Positions 16,486 to 25,504 of a stretch of DNA of 32,580 bases are shown here, in pieces (the first letter of the stretch is position 1; every line of letters begins with the position of its first letter). The translations under genes and the position numbers were made by a program. This DNA comes from Chthoniobacteraceae bacterium (GTDB lineage Bacteria > Verrucomicrobiota > Verrucomicrobiia > Chthoniobacterales > Chthoniobacteraceae). The notes beneath the pieces are model-generated. The model worked only from the letters and a program-made list of their open reading frames with translations, had not been told where the DNA came from and did not search any database. The stretch spans positions 1 through 32,580 of the forward strand of contig JANNWY010000079.1 of assembly GCA_031409335.1 (NCBI GenBank). Direction: 5' to 3'.

Positions 16486-17283
16486 TCAGGTATCGAAGAT
16501 GTGGAGCAGCAGCGCCTGCCGGTCGTAGAAAAACGTGGACATGTAAGCGCCGAACATGAAGCGCAGCTTTTCATCGAAAGTCCGCGCGCCCGCGAGATGC
16601 AGCACCGCCGCGCGCGCGTAATCCTGCGCGCGCGGATCGTGAACCAGCGGAAACGCCACCTCCTCGCGCGTGAAGGGACGCACGCGCAGCTTCGTATCGA
16701 GCACCAGCCGCGTGAGCGCCGCCTGATCCGCGAAATGTTTCTTCCGCGGCGACGGTCCGAAATTGATCCGCTCCCACGCCGCCATCACCTCCGCAAAAAG
16801 CGCGGCGCGCACCGCGAGCAAGCCGCCATTGATCCCCGGCATCTTGAGCGTGCGCGCTTCGGCTTCGGAGATAAAGCAGTTGAAATGGCCCATGCCCGCC
16901 GAGGTGCCGGGCTCTTCATAGACGCGCAAATCCCAGTCCCCGTCCAGCAGCGCATCGATGTTCCGCTGCGCGAGACAGTCGGCATCGAGGAACAGCACTT
17001 TGTCGTAGCCAGCGACATCGAGCTGCTCGCGCACGCGAAACTTCCACGCCTGCGCGTAATCCCAAAAATGGAGATCCCCCGCCTTGCCCGCGTCGATGCA
17101 CACCTCGCGCACGCCGACGCGCGGCACCATAAAGAGCGGCTCGGCCACATTTTTGAAAACCACGATGTCGCCATCGAAACGCGTCCGCAGCAGCGAGAGA
17201 ACGAGGAATTTTGTCATCGTCCAATGACCGAGCGCGCCGGGCGGATGATCGAGCGCGAGCGTGTAGGCGAGATGGCGTGGCAT
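16486..17283 (-). CDS. GT-A fold nucleotide-sugar transferase (GT8-like), paralogue A
   Basis: KVLFLDADCL (DxD), INGG, ADQAALT, VLHLAG motifs. Confidence 0.72.
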   Translation of the reverse strand: MPRHLAYTLALDHPPGALGHWTMTKFLVLSLLRTRFDGDIVVFKNVAEPLFMVPRVGVREVCIDAGKAGDLHFWDYAQAWKFRVREQLDVAGYDKVLFLDADCLAQRNIDALLDGDWDLRVYEEPGTSAGMGHFNCFISEAEARTLKMPGINGGLLAVRAALFAEVMAAWERINFGPSPRKKHFADQAALTRLVLDTKLRVRPFTREEVAFPLVHDPRAQDYARAAVLHLAGARTFDEKLRFMFGAYMSTFFYDRQALLLHIFDT

Positions 17284-17419
17284 GGGAAACTGATCGCGGG
17301 CTAACGAACCGACTTCTCATTGCACATGAAAAAGGCGCGTGGGAATGCAAAAATTGAGTTGGCCACCGACCCGCGTCCCGCCAAGCTCATCCCAACCAAG
17401 CCAAAGGAGGAAAGCCGCC

Positions 17420-17629
17420 ATGCCCACCATGCCCGAACCCACTCCCGACCATCGTCGGGCCGACTTGCAACACGTGTCCGACCGCCACGCCAAATCCCGA
17501 CCGAACACCGCCTACAAAGGAAGCAGTGTTAGCGATGGCGGCGGTGGCCTGAGTTTGGTGAAGCTCGTGTGGATTCTGGTTGTCGCGATCGTGGTGTGGC
17601 AGCTCGTCAAGTTCCTGATGCAGCGGTGA
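17420..17629 (+). CDS. Small hypothetical protein with a C-terminal membrane anchor, 69 aa
   Basis: Strong Shine-Dalgarno AAGGAGG (17404-17410) before ATG 17420; hydrophobic tail LVWILVVAIVVWQLVKFLM. Confidence 0.6.
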   Translation: MPTMPEPTPDHRRADLQHVSDRHAKSRPNTAYKGSSVSDGGGGLSLVKLVWILVVAIVVWQLVKFLMQR

Positions 17630-17646
17630 AGCGGGTGGGCCGTCCG

Positions 17647-19086
17647 GTGAAATCCGCCGCGCTACTTTTCGCGGTGCTGGTGGCCGTCGCGGCGCGCGCG
17701 GCGGAGTTGCCGAATATCGTCATCGTCCTCGCCGACGACATGGGCTGGGGCGATCCGCGCTGCTACAATCCGCAGTCGAAAATCCCCACGCCAAACATCG
17801 ACGCGCTCGCCGCGCAGGGGATGCGATTCACGGATGCGCACACGCCTTCCTCCGTCTGCACGCCGACGCGCTACGGGCTGCTCACCGGGCGTTATGCGTG
17901 GCGCAGTTCCCTGAAAAAAGGCGTGCTCGACGGCTACAGTCCCGCGCTCATCGAGCCGGGCCGCGCCACGCTCGCTTCGCTTTTGAAAACGCAAGGCTAC
18001 GAGACTGCCGCGATCGGCAAATGGCATCTCGGCTTCGGCGATGCGAAGAAAACCGACTACGCGCAACCGCTGAAACCCGGTCCGAATTCCTGCGGCTTCG
18101 ACTACTTCTTCGGCATCCCCGCATCGCTCGACATGGATCCGTATGTCTTTGTCGAAAACGAATACGTCGTCACTGCGCCCACCTCCAAAGTCGCGCCCGG
18201 CAAACACCAGCGCGAGGGTGGCAATGGCTATTGGCGCGGAGGCGAGATGGCCCCGGATTTCCGGCACGTCGATGTGTTGGGAAAACTCGCCGCGAAGGCC
18301 GGACAATTCATCGCGCGGCAGACGCCTGGGAAGCCGTTCTTCCTCTACGTCCCGCTCACCGCGCCGCACACCCCGTGGCTGCCGACGCCCGCATTCCGCG
18401 GCGTCACGCCGATCGGCGACTACGGCGATTTCGCTGCGCAGACCGACGCCGTGCTCGGCGGAATCCTGCGCGCGATCGAGGCTGCCGGCGCGACCCACGA
18501 GACGCTCATCATTTTCACCAGCGACAACGGTGCGAACTGGCCCCCCGCCGATATCGAGCGCAGTGGCCATCGTGCGAATGCGAATTGGCGCGGGCAAAAG
18601 GCGGACATCTGGGAAGCCGGCCATCGCGTGCCATTCATCGTCCGCTGGCCGGGCAAAGTCCGCCCCGGCACGACGAGCGCCGAGGTGATCTGCCTCACCG
18701 ATATTTTCTCCACGCTCGCCGCCATCACCGGCGCGGTCATTCCCGCCGACGCCGCCGGGGACAGCGAAGATTTTCTCCACGTCCTGCTCGGCGAACCGCG
18801 GGAAAAGCCCGTGCGCGAATCCATCGTGCATCACTCGGTCGATGGCACCTTCGCGATCCGCGAAGGCTCATGGAAACTGTGTCTGGGCCTGGGTTCACAC
18901 GGATTCAGCATTCCGAAAACGATCGCCGCCAGCGCGGGAGAAGCCGCGGGCCAGCTCTACAATCTCGCCGAAGATCCCGCGGAAACGGAAAATCTCTGGC
19001 TGGCAAAGCCCGACGTCGTCGCGCGCCTCACCGCGCTGCTGCGCCAGCAGCAGGACAGCGGCACGAGCCATCCGGCCGCGCGCTGA
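17647..19086 (+). CDS. Cys-type arylsulfatase family (S1) sulfatase, secreted
   Basis: PNIVIVLADDMG, CTPTRYGLLTGR (CxPxR), GKWHLG, FTSDNG, LYNLAEDPAE. Start is GTG at 17647, or 17626 where it would overlap the upstream stop. Confidence 0.95.
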   Translation: MKSAALLFAVLVAVAARAAELPNIVIVLADDMGWGDPRCYNPQSKIPTPNIDALAAQGMRFTDAHTPSSVCTPTRYGLLTGRYAWRSSLKKGVLDGYSPALIEPGRATLASLLKTQGYETAAIGKWHLGFGDAKKTDYAQPLKPGPNSCGFDYFFGIPASLDMDPYVFVENEYVVTAPTSKVAPGKHQREGGNGYWRGGEMAPDFRHVDVLGKLAAKAGQFIARQTPGKPFFLYVPLTAPHTPWLPTPAFRGVTPIGDYGDFAAQTDAVLGGILRAIEAAGATHETLIIFTSDNGANWPPADIERSGHRANANWRGQKADIWEAGHRVPFIVRWPGKVRPGTTSAEVICLTDIFSTLAAITGAVIPADAAGDSEDFLHVLLGEPREKPVRESIVHHSVDGTFAIREGSWKLCLGLGSHGFSIPKTIAASAGEAAGQLYNLAEDPAETENLWLAKPDVVARLTALLRQQQDSGTSHPAAR

Positions 19087-19169
19087 TGCGGTCGGCTGCG
19101 ATGGTGAACCGGTGCGCGTAAGGAAGAAACGATTGCGCCACGAACGCGGCGACGCCTAGACTTCGCGCC

Positions 19170-20204
19170 ATGCTTCAAACCGCCGCTGCTCCCGGCAGGC
19201 GCACCAATCCTACCGAGTTCTCCGATCGCTTTCGCCAGGCGTACCGCTGGATGTTGCTCGCGCGGCTGGCCGAGGAGCGCATCGCAAATCTCTATCGTGG
19301 CGGAAAAATCACCGGCGGCGTTTTTCTCGGAAAAGGTCAGGAAGCGCTGAGCGCAGCGGCAGGAATGGCGCTGCGTGAGGGCGATATTTTTGCACCGCTG
19401 ATTCGCGATCAGGCGGGGCGGTTTGCCTTCGGCGAAAGCCTGCTCGATTTCACCCGCACCTACCTCGGCTCCCGGCTCGGGCCGATGCGTGGACGCGATG
19501 GGAATATCCACCGCGGCCGCCCGGCGAAGGGCCAGTATGCGATGTTCAGCCATCTCGGCGCGATGATCCCCGCGGTCGCGGGTGCGCTGATGGCGCGGCG
19601 TTTTCGCGGCGAGACGGGCGTGGTCGGGCTCACCTGCATCGGCGATGGCGGCACTTCCACCGGCGCGTTTCACGAAGGGGTGAATCTCGCCGCCGTCGAG
19701 CGGTTGCCGTTGGTGATCGTCGTCGCGAATAATCAATACGCCTACTCGACACCGAACGAGCGCCAGTTTGCCTGCGCCGATCTCGCGGAAAAAGCCGCGG
19801 GCTACGGCATCGACGGCCACAGCGTCGATGGCACCGATCTGGCCGCGTGCCTCGCAGTTTTAGGCGAAGCAGTCGCGCGCGCGAGAAACGGAGGCGGCCC
19901 GCAGCTCGTCGTCGGCGCACTGCTCCGCCTCGTCGGCCACGGCGAACACGACGACGGCCAATACGTCGATCCCGCGCTGCGCGCCGCGCCCCTCGGCCAG
20001 GACTGCCTCGCCGTCGCCGAACAGCACCTGCTCGATGCCGGCTGGGCCGACGCCGTGACCCTCGCGCAGTGGCGCGACGAAACCACGCGCCAGATCGAGG
20101 AAGCCGTCGAGACCACCCTCCGCGAACCCCTTCCCGATCCGAACACCGAGACCTGGTGCGCCCTCGCCACGCCTCACTTGCGCGACGGATTTTTGCCGGA
20201 ATGA
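19170..20204 (+). CDS. 2-oxoacid dehydrogenase E1 alpha subunit (TPP-dependent)
   Basis: GQEA, TPP-binding GDGGTSTGAFHEGVN...NNQY, RLVGHGEHD. Substrate (pyruvate, branched-chain or acetoin) cannot be assigned. Confidence 0.92.
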   Translation: MLQTAAAPGRRTNPTEFSDRFRQAYRWMLLARLAEERIANLYRGGKITGGVFLGKGQEALSAAAGMALREGDIFAPLIRDQAGRFAFGESLLDFTRTYLGSRLGPMRGRDGNIHRGRPAKGQYAMFSHLGAMIPAVAGALMARRFRGETGVVGLTCIGDGGTSTGAFHEGVNLAAVERLPLVIVVANNQYAYSTPNERQFACADLAEKAAGYGIDGHSVDGTDLAACLAVLGEAVARARNGGGPQLVVGALLRLVGHGEHDDGQYVDPALRAAPLGQDCLAVAEQHLLDAGWADAVTLAQWRDETTRQIEEAVETTLREPLPDPNTETWCALATPHLRDGFLPE

Positions 20205-21163
20205 TTACCTACCTGGAAGCCATCCGCGCCGCCCAGGAGCGCGCGCTCACCGACGATCCGCGCGTCTATATTTACGGCCAGGATGTCGGCGGCTTCGGCG
20301 GCGCGTTCAAAGCCACCAAAGGACTCGCCAAACAATTCCCCGGTCGCGTGCTCGACGCGCCGATCAGCGAGGACGCCATCATCGGCTCCGCCATCGGTGC
20401 CGCGATCGAAGGCATGCGGCCGATCGTGGAAATGCAATTCGCTGACTTCTCGGCGGTCGGCTTCAACCAAATCGTCAACCACGCCGCGACGCTCAACTGG
20501 CGCACGAACGTTCCGTGCCCCATCACCGTCCGGCTCCCGAGCGGCGGCACTGCCGGCGGCGGACCGTTCCACAGCCAGAGCATGGAGGCGCTCTACGCCC
20601 ACTACCCCGGCCTCATCGTCATGACGCCCGCGACGGTCGAGGACGCCTACTCGATGCTGCTCGAAGCCGTCGCCATCGACGACCCCGTCGTCTTCTGCGA
20701 GCACAAGTATCTCTACTACCATCTCAAAGCCGAAGCACTCCCCACCGAGGCCATGCCCACGGGAAAAGCGCGCGTCGCCCGCGCCGGCCGCGACGCCACC
20801 ATCGTCACCTACAGCGCCATGCTCCACGAAGCGCTGGCCTGCGCCGCCGAGCTGGCCGGAGAGGGTTGGGAAATCGAAGTCATCGACCTAAGAAGTATCA
20901 AACCCCTCGATACCGACACCGTCTTAGCCAGCGTAGCTAGAACTGGCCGTCTCCTAGCGGTAGGTGAAGCCTTCCCGTGGGGCGGAGTCACCGCCGAAGT
21001 CATCGCGCGAGTCGCGAGTGAAGGCTTCGACTTACTTGATGCCGCACCCATCCGACTTAATGCGAAAGATACACCGGTGCCTTACCACCCGAACCTTTGG
21101 GGAACTCACAGACCCACCGCACAAACCATTACTGTAGCAGTGCGAGGACTTTTGCGTCAATGA
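20201..21163 (+). CDS. 2-oxoacid dehydrogenase E1 beta subunit
   Basis: MITYLEAI, GQDVG, DAPISE, EMQFADF, HSQS, EVIDLRSIKPLD; ATGA-coupled to E1 alpha. Confidence 0.93.
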   Translation: MITYLEAIRAAQERALTDDPRVYIYGQDVGGFGGAFKATKGLAKQFPGRVLDAPISEDAIIGSAIGAAIEGMRPIVEMQFADFSAVGFNQIVNHAATLNWRTNVPCPITVRLPSGGTAGGGPFHSQSMEALYAHYPGLIVMTPATVEDAYSMLLEAVAIDDPVVFCEHKYLYYHLKAEALPTEAMPTGKARVARAGRDATIVTYSAMLHEALACAAELAGEGWEIEVIDLRSIKPLDTDTVLASVARTGRLLAVGEAFPWGGVTAEVIARVASEGFDLLDAAPIRLNAKDTPVPYHPNLWGTHRPTAQTITVAVRGLLRQ

Positions 21164-21427
21164 GTGACGAACAGAAACGCCCAACGGTTGTTTTGAGGAT
21201 TGCACCACCCGCTTTTTCCCACTGCCATTCGTTTCAACTCTGCCCGCTTGCAGTACGGTTACGAAGCATGGAGATGCACGGCATGTTAAGCCTGGACGCA
21301 TTCAACTCGGTCCGTGCATGAGTGACTTGAGATTTCCAAAGATTGCGATTTGCCGACGTTCGGACTACCACTTCGAGGTTCGAAATTTACCGTGCCCTAT
21401 TTATCCAGAGGGAGTTAGAATTCACCC

Positions 21428-21561
21428 GCATTTCTCACACCCAGACAGGAAAAGACCACAACCTGTTGTCTTCCTTTCCCTTTTTCTGTTAAACTTACTC
21501 CTTGCGTGACAGAGGAAGATCGAGCGGAAGAGGAAGAGCGGAGGGCTGTGAGAATTGCGGG
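21428..21561. repeat. Dispersed repeat, copy 2 (diverged)
   Basis: Shares GCATTTCTCACACCCAGA, CTCCTTGC(G)TGACAGAGGAAGAT..AGCGGAAGAGGAAGAG and ATTGCGGG with 10656-10778, in the same orientation. Confidence 0.7.
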
Positions 21562-21569
21562 CAAGGGCT

Positions 21570-21801
21570 TGTTTGAAAACGCGATCTTCCGAAAGCCTGA
21601 AAGGCTGGGACAACACAGCCCAGGGCAACGCCCTGGGTTTGTTGTCCCCATGCCAAAAGCCCTGAAAGGGCGGGACATCCCGCGTTCATTGGCTGTCGCG
21701 CCCTTTCAGGGCTTGCCTGCGCTATTTGCGAGAACCTAGGGCGTTGCCCTAGGCTGTGTTATCCCAGCCTTTCAGGCTTGCAGAGGGGCAGTTTACAAAC
21801 A
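21570..21801. mobile_element. Nested-palindrome REP/MITE-like element
   Basis: 47-bp inverted repeat 21593-21639 / 21733-21779 (3 mismatches), inner perfect 16-bp inverted repeat 21657-21672 / 21699-21714, and outer ends TGTTTGAAAAC / GTTTACAAACA. Confidence 0.65.
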
Positions 21802-21848
21802 CGGGCTAGGTATTGGGCATCTCTCACTCCTTACTTGTTTCCGCAAGA

Positions 21849-22085
21849 ATGCCTCGCATCCCCATCATCATGCCGGGGCTCGGCGAATCCATCGCCGAAG
21901 CCACCGTCGTGAGCATTTCCTTTCAGGTCGGCGACGCCATCGAGAGCGATCAGGACGTGCTCGCAGTCGAGACGAACAAAGAACGGTAGGCGTCAACGTG
22001 CCGTGCCGTGGAAGCATCGCGGTATGGCTCGTGGAAGTGCGGCAGAGCTATCCCGTCGGCGCGCTGTGGGAGCTATCTACCGGCG
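21849..22085 (+). pseudogene. Dihydrolipoamide acyltransferase (E2) remnant: frameshifted lipoyl domain only
   Basis: MPRIPIIMPGLGESIAEATV...VETNK followed by an in-frame TAG at 21987-21989. The domain continues in another frame (TVGVNVPCRGSI...SYPVGA), and similarity ends near the stop of the convergent gene at 22091. Confidence 0.8.
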
Positions 22086-22090
22086 CGGGA

Positions 22091-25000
22091 TCACCGGTCA
22101 GCGAGGCTGTGAATGGTGCCGTGGATGGAGCGGTCGATGGCAGTGCCGTCTGGCGCGCGGAGTTTGACGAGGAGTTCGTAGCAATCGGTCGGCGCGAGAT
22201 CGGGGATGGTGAGCGTGATGATGCTCGGGCCACCGCCCAGACGCGCGGCGGTGATGGTCTGCGCGTGTTCGTCGTGGTGTTTCGAGCCGTAGCTTTTCGT
22301 GCGTTTGAGCGACCACACTTTCATCGCGAAGGCATCAGGCGTGACGCTGTTGGGATCGAGCGGCTCGCTGAATGTCACGGTGAGCGTGCCCTTCGCCGCG
22401 TGGATGGCGAGCGGGACGTGCGCGGGGTTTTCGCCGCGGCGGATGCGATGGAATCCACCGGGCGCGGTCGCGTTTCCGGCCCATGCAAACATGCCGCAGG
22501 TGTAGAGCGCGCCGTCCGCGGCGAAGCGTCCGCGCATGATGCCGGTGGTGAACGCGGGCATCGGTAGTTCGCACACCGCGCCCTGCCATTGGCCGCCGGC
22601 TTGTTCATTTGGAATAATGAATGCGCGACCTGTGCCGTAGCTGAGATTCAGCAGCGCGCCACCGAGGGTGCCCCACGCGCCTTTGGGAACGGTGACCAGT
22701 TCAGCCGGGCTGCGATCTTTGTCATTTGTCACCCACACCATCGGCTGCGCCATCGCGGAATCGGCGGTGTCCGTGACGTCCGTGTAGCCAAACATATTTC
22801 CGTAAAAACCGCCGACCTTCACGCGGTTGATGCGGTTCTTCGGTGTCCAGAAGCCTTCCTGATCGGTGACGAAAAATGTGCCGTCCTCGTTGAGGCACAC
22901 CCCATTCGCCGCGCGAAAGCCCGTCGCCAAAATGTCCGTGCGCGTGCCATCCGCACTGATGCGCAGGAGCGTGCCATGATGCGGGATGACGCTGTCGAGT
23001 GCGTGGCGGCCCGACTTGGCGTAGTAGAAATTTCCCGCGTCATCCGTCTGCAAACCCATCGCAAATTCGTGGAAGTGCTCGGTCACTTGATGGTCGTCAT
23101 TGAAGCACTCGATGAAGTCCGTCTCGCCGTCGCCATTCAAGTCGCGCAGTCGCGCAAGTTGATCGCGGCAGGTGATGAAAAGTTCGTCGCCGCGAAACTT
23201 CACGCCGAGCGGCTGGAAGAGTCCGGTGGCGATGCGCCGCCACGTGAGCGGCGACGGCGCGGGCACCATGAGCCCGTCCACGCGCCACACATCGCCGTTC
23301 CACATCGCGACCACCGCGGATTTGCCATCCGGCGTGAAATCGAAGCCGCCGGGCCGCATCCAGCTCTGCCATGGATTTTCAATCGGGAGCGGAAAGGTGT
23401 CCGTGATGAATGCGCCGTCTGCCTTGCCCGCTTCGGATGTCGTGGTGATTTCCTGGATCCACTGCCGCGGCCCGCCGCGCGTGAGCGGTTCGAGATCGAG
23501 CGGCGTGGTGAAGGTCTTTGCCAGTGCATCGAGCGACGCCGCATCCGCGCGGGAAATGAACAAGCGGGTCTTCGCGTCACCGGGCAGCGTTGCGACCCAA
23601 AAGCCGCCATCCTTTTTAACACTCCCGTCGCCGGTCAGCGCCACGCTCAGCGAGTCCGGCGCGACGCGCAGCAGCAGCGGCTTTTTTTCCGGGGCGACAT
23701 TGAGCGTTCTCGTGAAAACGGGCGTCGTGCCGTAGTCGAGCCAGCCGGGCGATTCGAGCACGCGCGTGCCGCCGATGCGCGCGGCGATGACTGCGCGTGC
23801 GCCGTGCATGTACATTCCCTCGAACCGCGCCCAAGCGCGCGGCAGCGGGCCGTAGCGTTTGCCGTCTTTGCCGAGCACGCGCTTGTCGTCGTCCCATTTT
23901 CCCTCTGGCGACGCCCAGCCAGGGCCAGTCGGATTGATGAAATGCCGCTCGCCCGTGAGGCTCGTGTGCGTGCCGTGGCTGCCGTCAAATGCGATGCCTT
24001 TCCAGTCCGCGAAATCGCCCGTCGTCGCCGTCGCCACGCGCATCGTGTCGTGGTCGTAAATCATCCACGCGCGACCTTTGCTCACGCCGCCGGGGCCGTC
24101 GTCGAGCCGCACGGCGATTCCCTTTTGCGCGATGTTTCCCGGCGCGATTTCATAAGTCCAAAACAACGCCGGGCCGAAATCCATGAGGCGGTAAGGCGGC
24201 AGCGAGCGGTCTTCTTTTTCCGCCTCCGCGCGCACGAGCGCTTTCGGCAGCGATGCCAAATACGCGGGCGTGATTTCCGTGAACTGTGTCTTGTTGTGCG
24301 GACGCAGGAACGTCTCGCGGATGTATTGAATCACCGCGTATTTCTGCGCCGTCGTGTATTGCGGTTGTGGCACCATTTGCCCGAAGCCCTTCGTCATCGT
24401 GGCAAACATCGAGAACGGGTCCGCGCCGTTTTTGAACGGCCCTTCCGCGAAGCGCAGCGCCGTCGGCAGCGAGCCCGGCTGCTCCTTCGTCCCGTGGCAG
24501 ACGACGCACAGCGTTTTGTAAATCTCCGCGCCCTCCGCGAGCGTCTTGTCATTCCAGCCGCCCAGGATTTCCGCGTGGTCGCTGCGCTCCAAAGCCTGCA
24601 TCCATGCCGCGCGCACGGTCACGCCCGCCGCTGGCTCGATGCTCGGACGCACGCCGCCGCTCGTCGGCGTGTGGGTTAAATCCGGCGTGTTCGCACCCGC
24701 ACCACCGGCTTTGAAAAGCAGCGCGATCTCCGCATCCGGCAGCGCCCGCGACCACACGCGCACGCCCGCGATTTTGCCTTTTGAAAAATCCCCCGCGAAG
24801 TCCGGCGTGGCGCGTCCGACTTTGAAAACGTGTCCCGCGACATCCGCCGTCGCGTGCGCCGTCTTCTCCGCGACGACCTTCCCATCGAGCCACAAGCGCG
24901 CCACGCCGCCGCGCAGCGTGAGCACCGCCGTGTGCGTCTTGCCGTCGTCCACTTTCCCCCCGCCCGTCATCGTGCCGAGCCAGCCGATGTCGTACACCAG

Positions 25001-25504
25001 CCGCCCGTCGCGGATGAAAAGCGCTTTCGCACCCGCCGCCCATTTGCCGGTCGGCGCGCATTTGGAAATCAACGTCCCATCGTCGCCCGTCTCGAACTTT
25101 GCCTCAGCCGTGAAGTCCGCGCCGAGATCGAGTTCGGCGTCGGGAAAATTCTGCGCTCCGCTCGCCGAAAGCCCCGCAATTTCCTCCGGCCCGCGCACGA
25201 GTTTTCCGCCCGACCACACCCGCAAAACCGGCGCACCCTTCGCCGGATGCTCGACCGCGACATCATGCTCCGCGCCCTTCGCCAGCGGCACGACGACCTC
25301 TTTCCCCAGCCGCAACGCTCCGCCCGTCGGCGCGGAAAACTCGACGTGCAGCCGGTAGTTCAGCGGCAGCTCCGCGGCATCCAGCGGCACGGCATCGCGC
25401 GGCAGCGCGGCGTCGAGCGATGAGATGAATGGGAGTAAGAGGACGAATGTGGTGGTGAGTTTGCGGAGGGTCGCGGAGGTCATAGTTTGGTTTGTTGCGC
25501 TCAT
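22091..25504 (-). CDS. Large secreted protein: LamG-like domain + c-type cytochrome + DUF6797-like domain + beta-propeller
   Basis: Signal-like N-terminus; DGKTHTAV...LWLDG...VWSRAL (LamG); CVVCH heme motif at 24494-24508; MDFGPAL...KGIAVRL; GLFQPLG, TDQEGFWTP propeller blades. Start ATG 25504 (ATGA overlap) or 25483. Confidence 0.8.
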   Translation of the reverse strand: MSATNQTMTSATLRKLTTTFVLLLPFISSLDAALPRDAVPLDAAELPLNYRLHVEFSAPTGGALRLGKEVVVPLAKGAEHDVAVEHPAKGAPVLRVWSGGKLVRGPEEIAGLSASGAQNFPDAELDLGADFTAEAKFETGDDGTLISKCAPTGKWAAGAKALFIRDGRLVYDIGWLGTMTGGGKVDDGKTHTAVLTLRGGVARLWLDGKVVAEKTAHATADVAGHVFKVGRATPDFAGDFSKGKIAGVRVWSRALPDAEIALLFKAGGAGANTPDLTHTPTSGGVRPSIEPAAGVTVRAAWMQALERSDHAEILGGWNDKTLAEGAEIYKTLCVVCHGTKEQPGSLPTALRFAEGPFKNGADPFSMFATMTKGFGQMVPQPQYTTAQKYAVIQYIRETFLRPHNKTQFTEITPAYLASLPKALVRAEAEKEDRSLPPYRLMDFGPALFWTYEIAPGNIAQKGIAVRLDDGPGGVSKGRAWMIYDHDTMRVATATTGDFADWKGIAFDGSHGTHTSLTGERHFINPTGPGWASPEGKWDDDKRVLGKDGKRYGPLPRAWARFEGMYMHGARAVIAARIGGTRVLESPGWLDYGTTPVFTRTLNVAPEKKPLLLRVAPDSLSVALTGDGSVKKDGGFWVATLPGDAKTRLFISRADAASLDALAKTFTTPLDLEPLTRGGPRQWIQEITTTSEAGKADGAFITDTFPLPIENPWQSWMRPGGFDFTPDGKSAVVAMWNGDVWRVDGLMVPAPSPLTWRRIATGLFQPLGVKFRGDELFITCRDQLARLRDLNGDGETDFIECFNDDHQVTEHFHEFAMGLQTDDAGNFYYAKSGRHALDSVIPHHGTLLRISADGTRTDILATGFRAANGVCLNEDGTFFVTDQEGFWTPKNRINRVKVGGFYGNMFGYTDVTDTADSAMAQPMVWVTNDKDRSPAELVTVPKGAWGTLGGALLNLSYGTGRAFIIPNEQAGGQWQGAVCELPMPAFTTGIMRGRFAADGALYTCGMFAWAGNATAPGGFHRIRRGENPAHVPLAIHAAKGTLTVTFSEPLDPNSVTPDAFAMKVWSLKRTKSYGSKHHDEHAQTITAARLGGGPSIITLTIPDLAPTDCYELLVKLRAPDGTAIDRSIHGTIHSLADR

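Noticed and set aside
21160..21739. Short ORFs after E1 beta (21160-21321, 21318-21509, 21506-21739)
   Set aside because: No recognisable motifs and they run through repeats; at most a decayed foreign gene.
22589..24679. Long antisense or alternate-frame ORFs (this one, 10374-12086, 26953-28752, 29800-31773 and others)
   Set aside because: Shadow ORFs expected in GC-rich DNA; they lack motifs and overlap well-supported genes.
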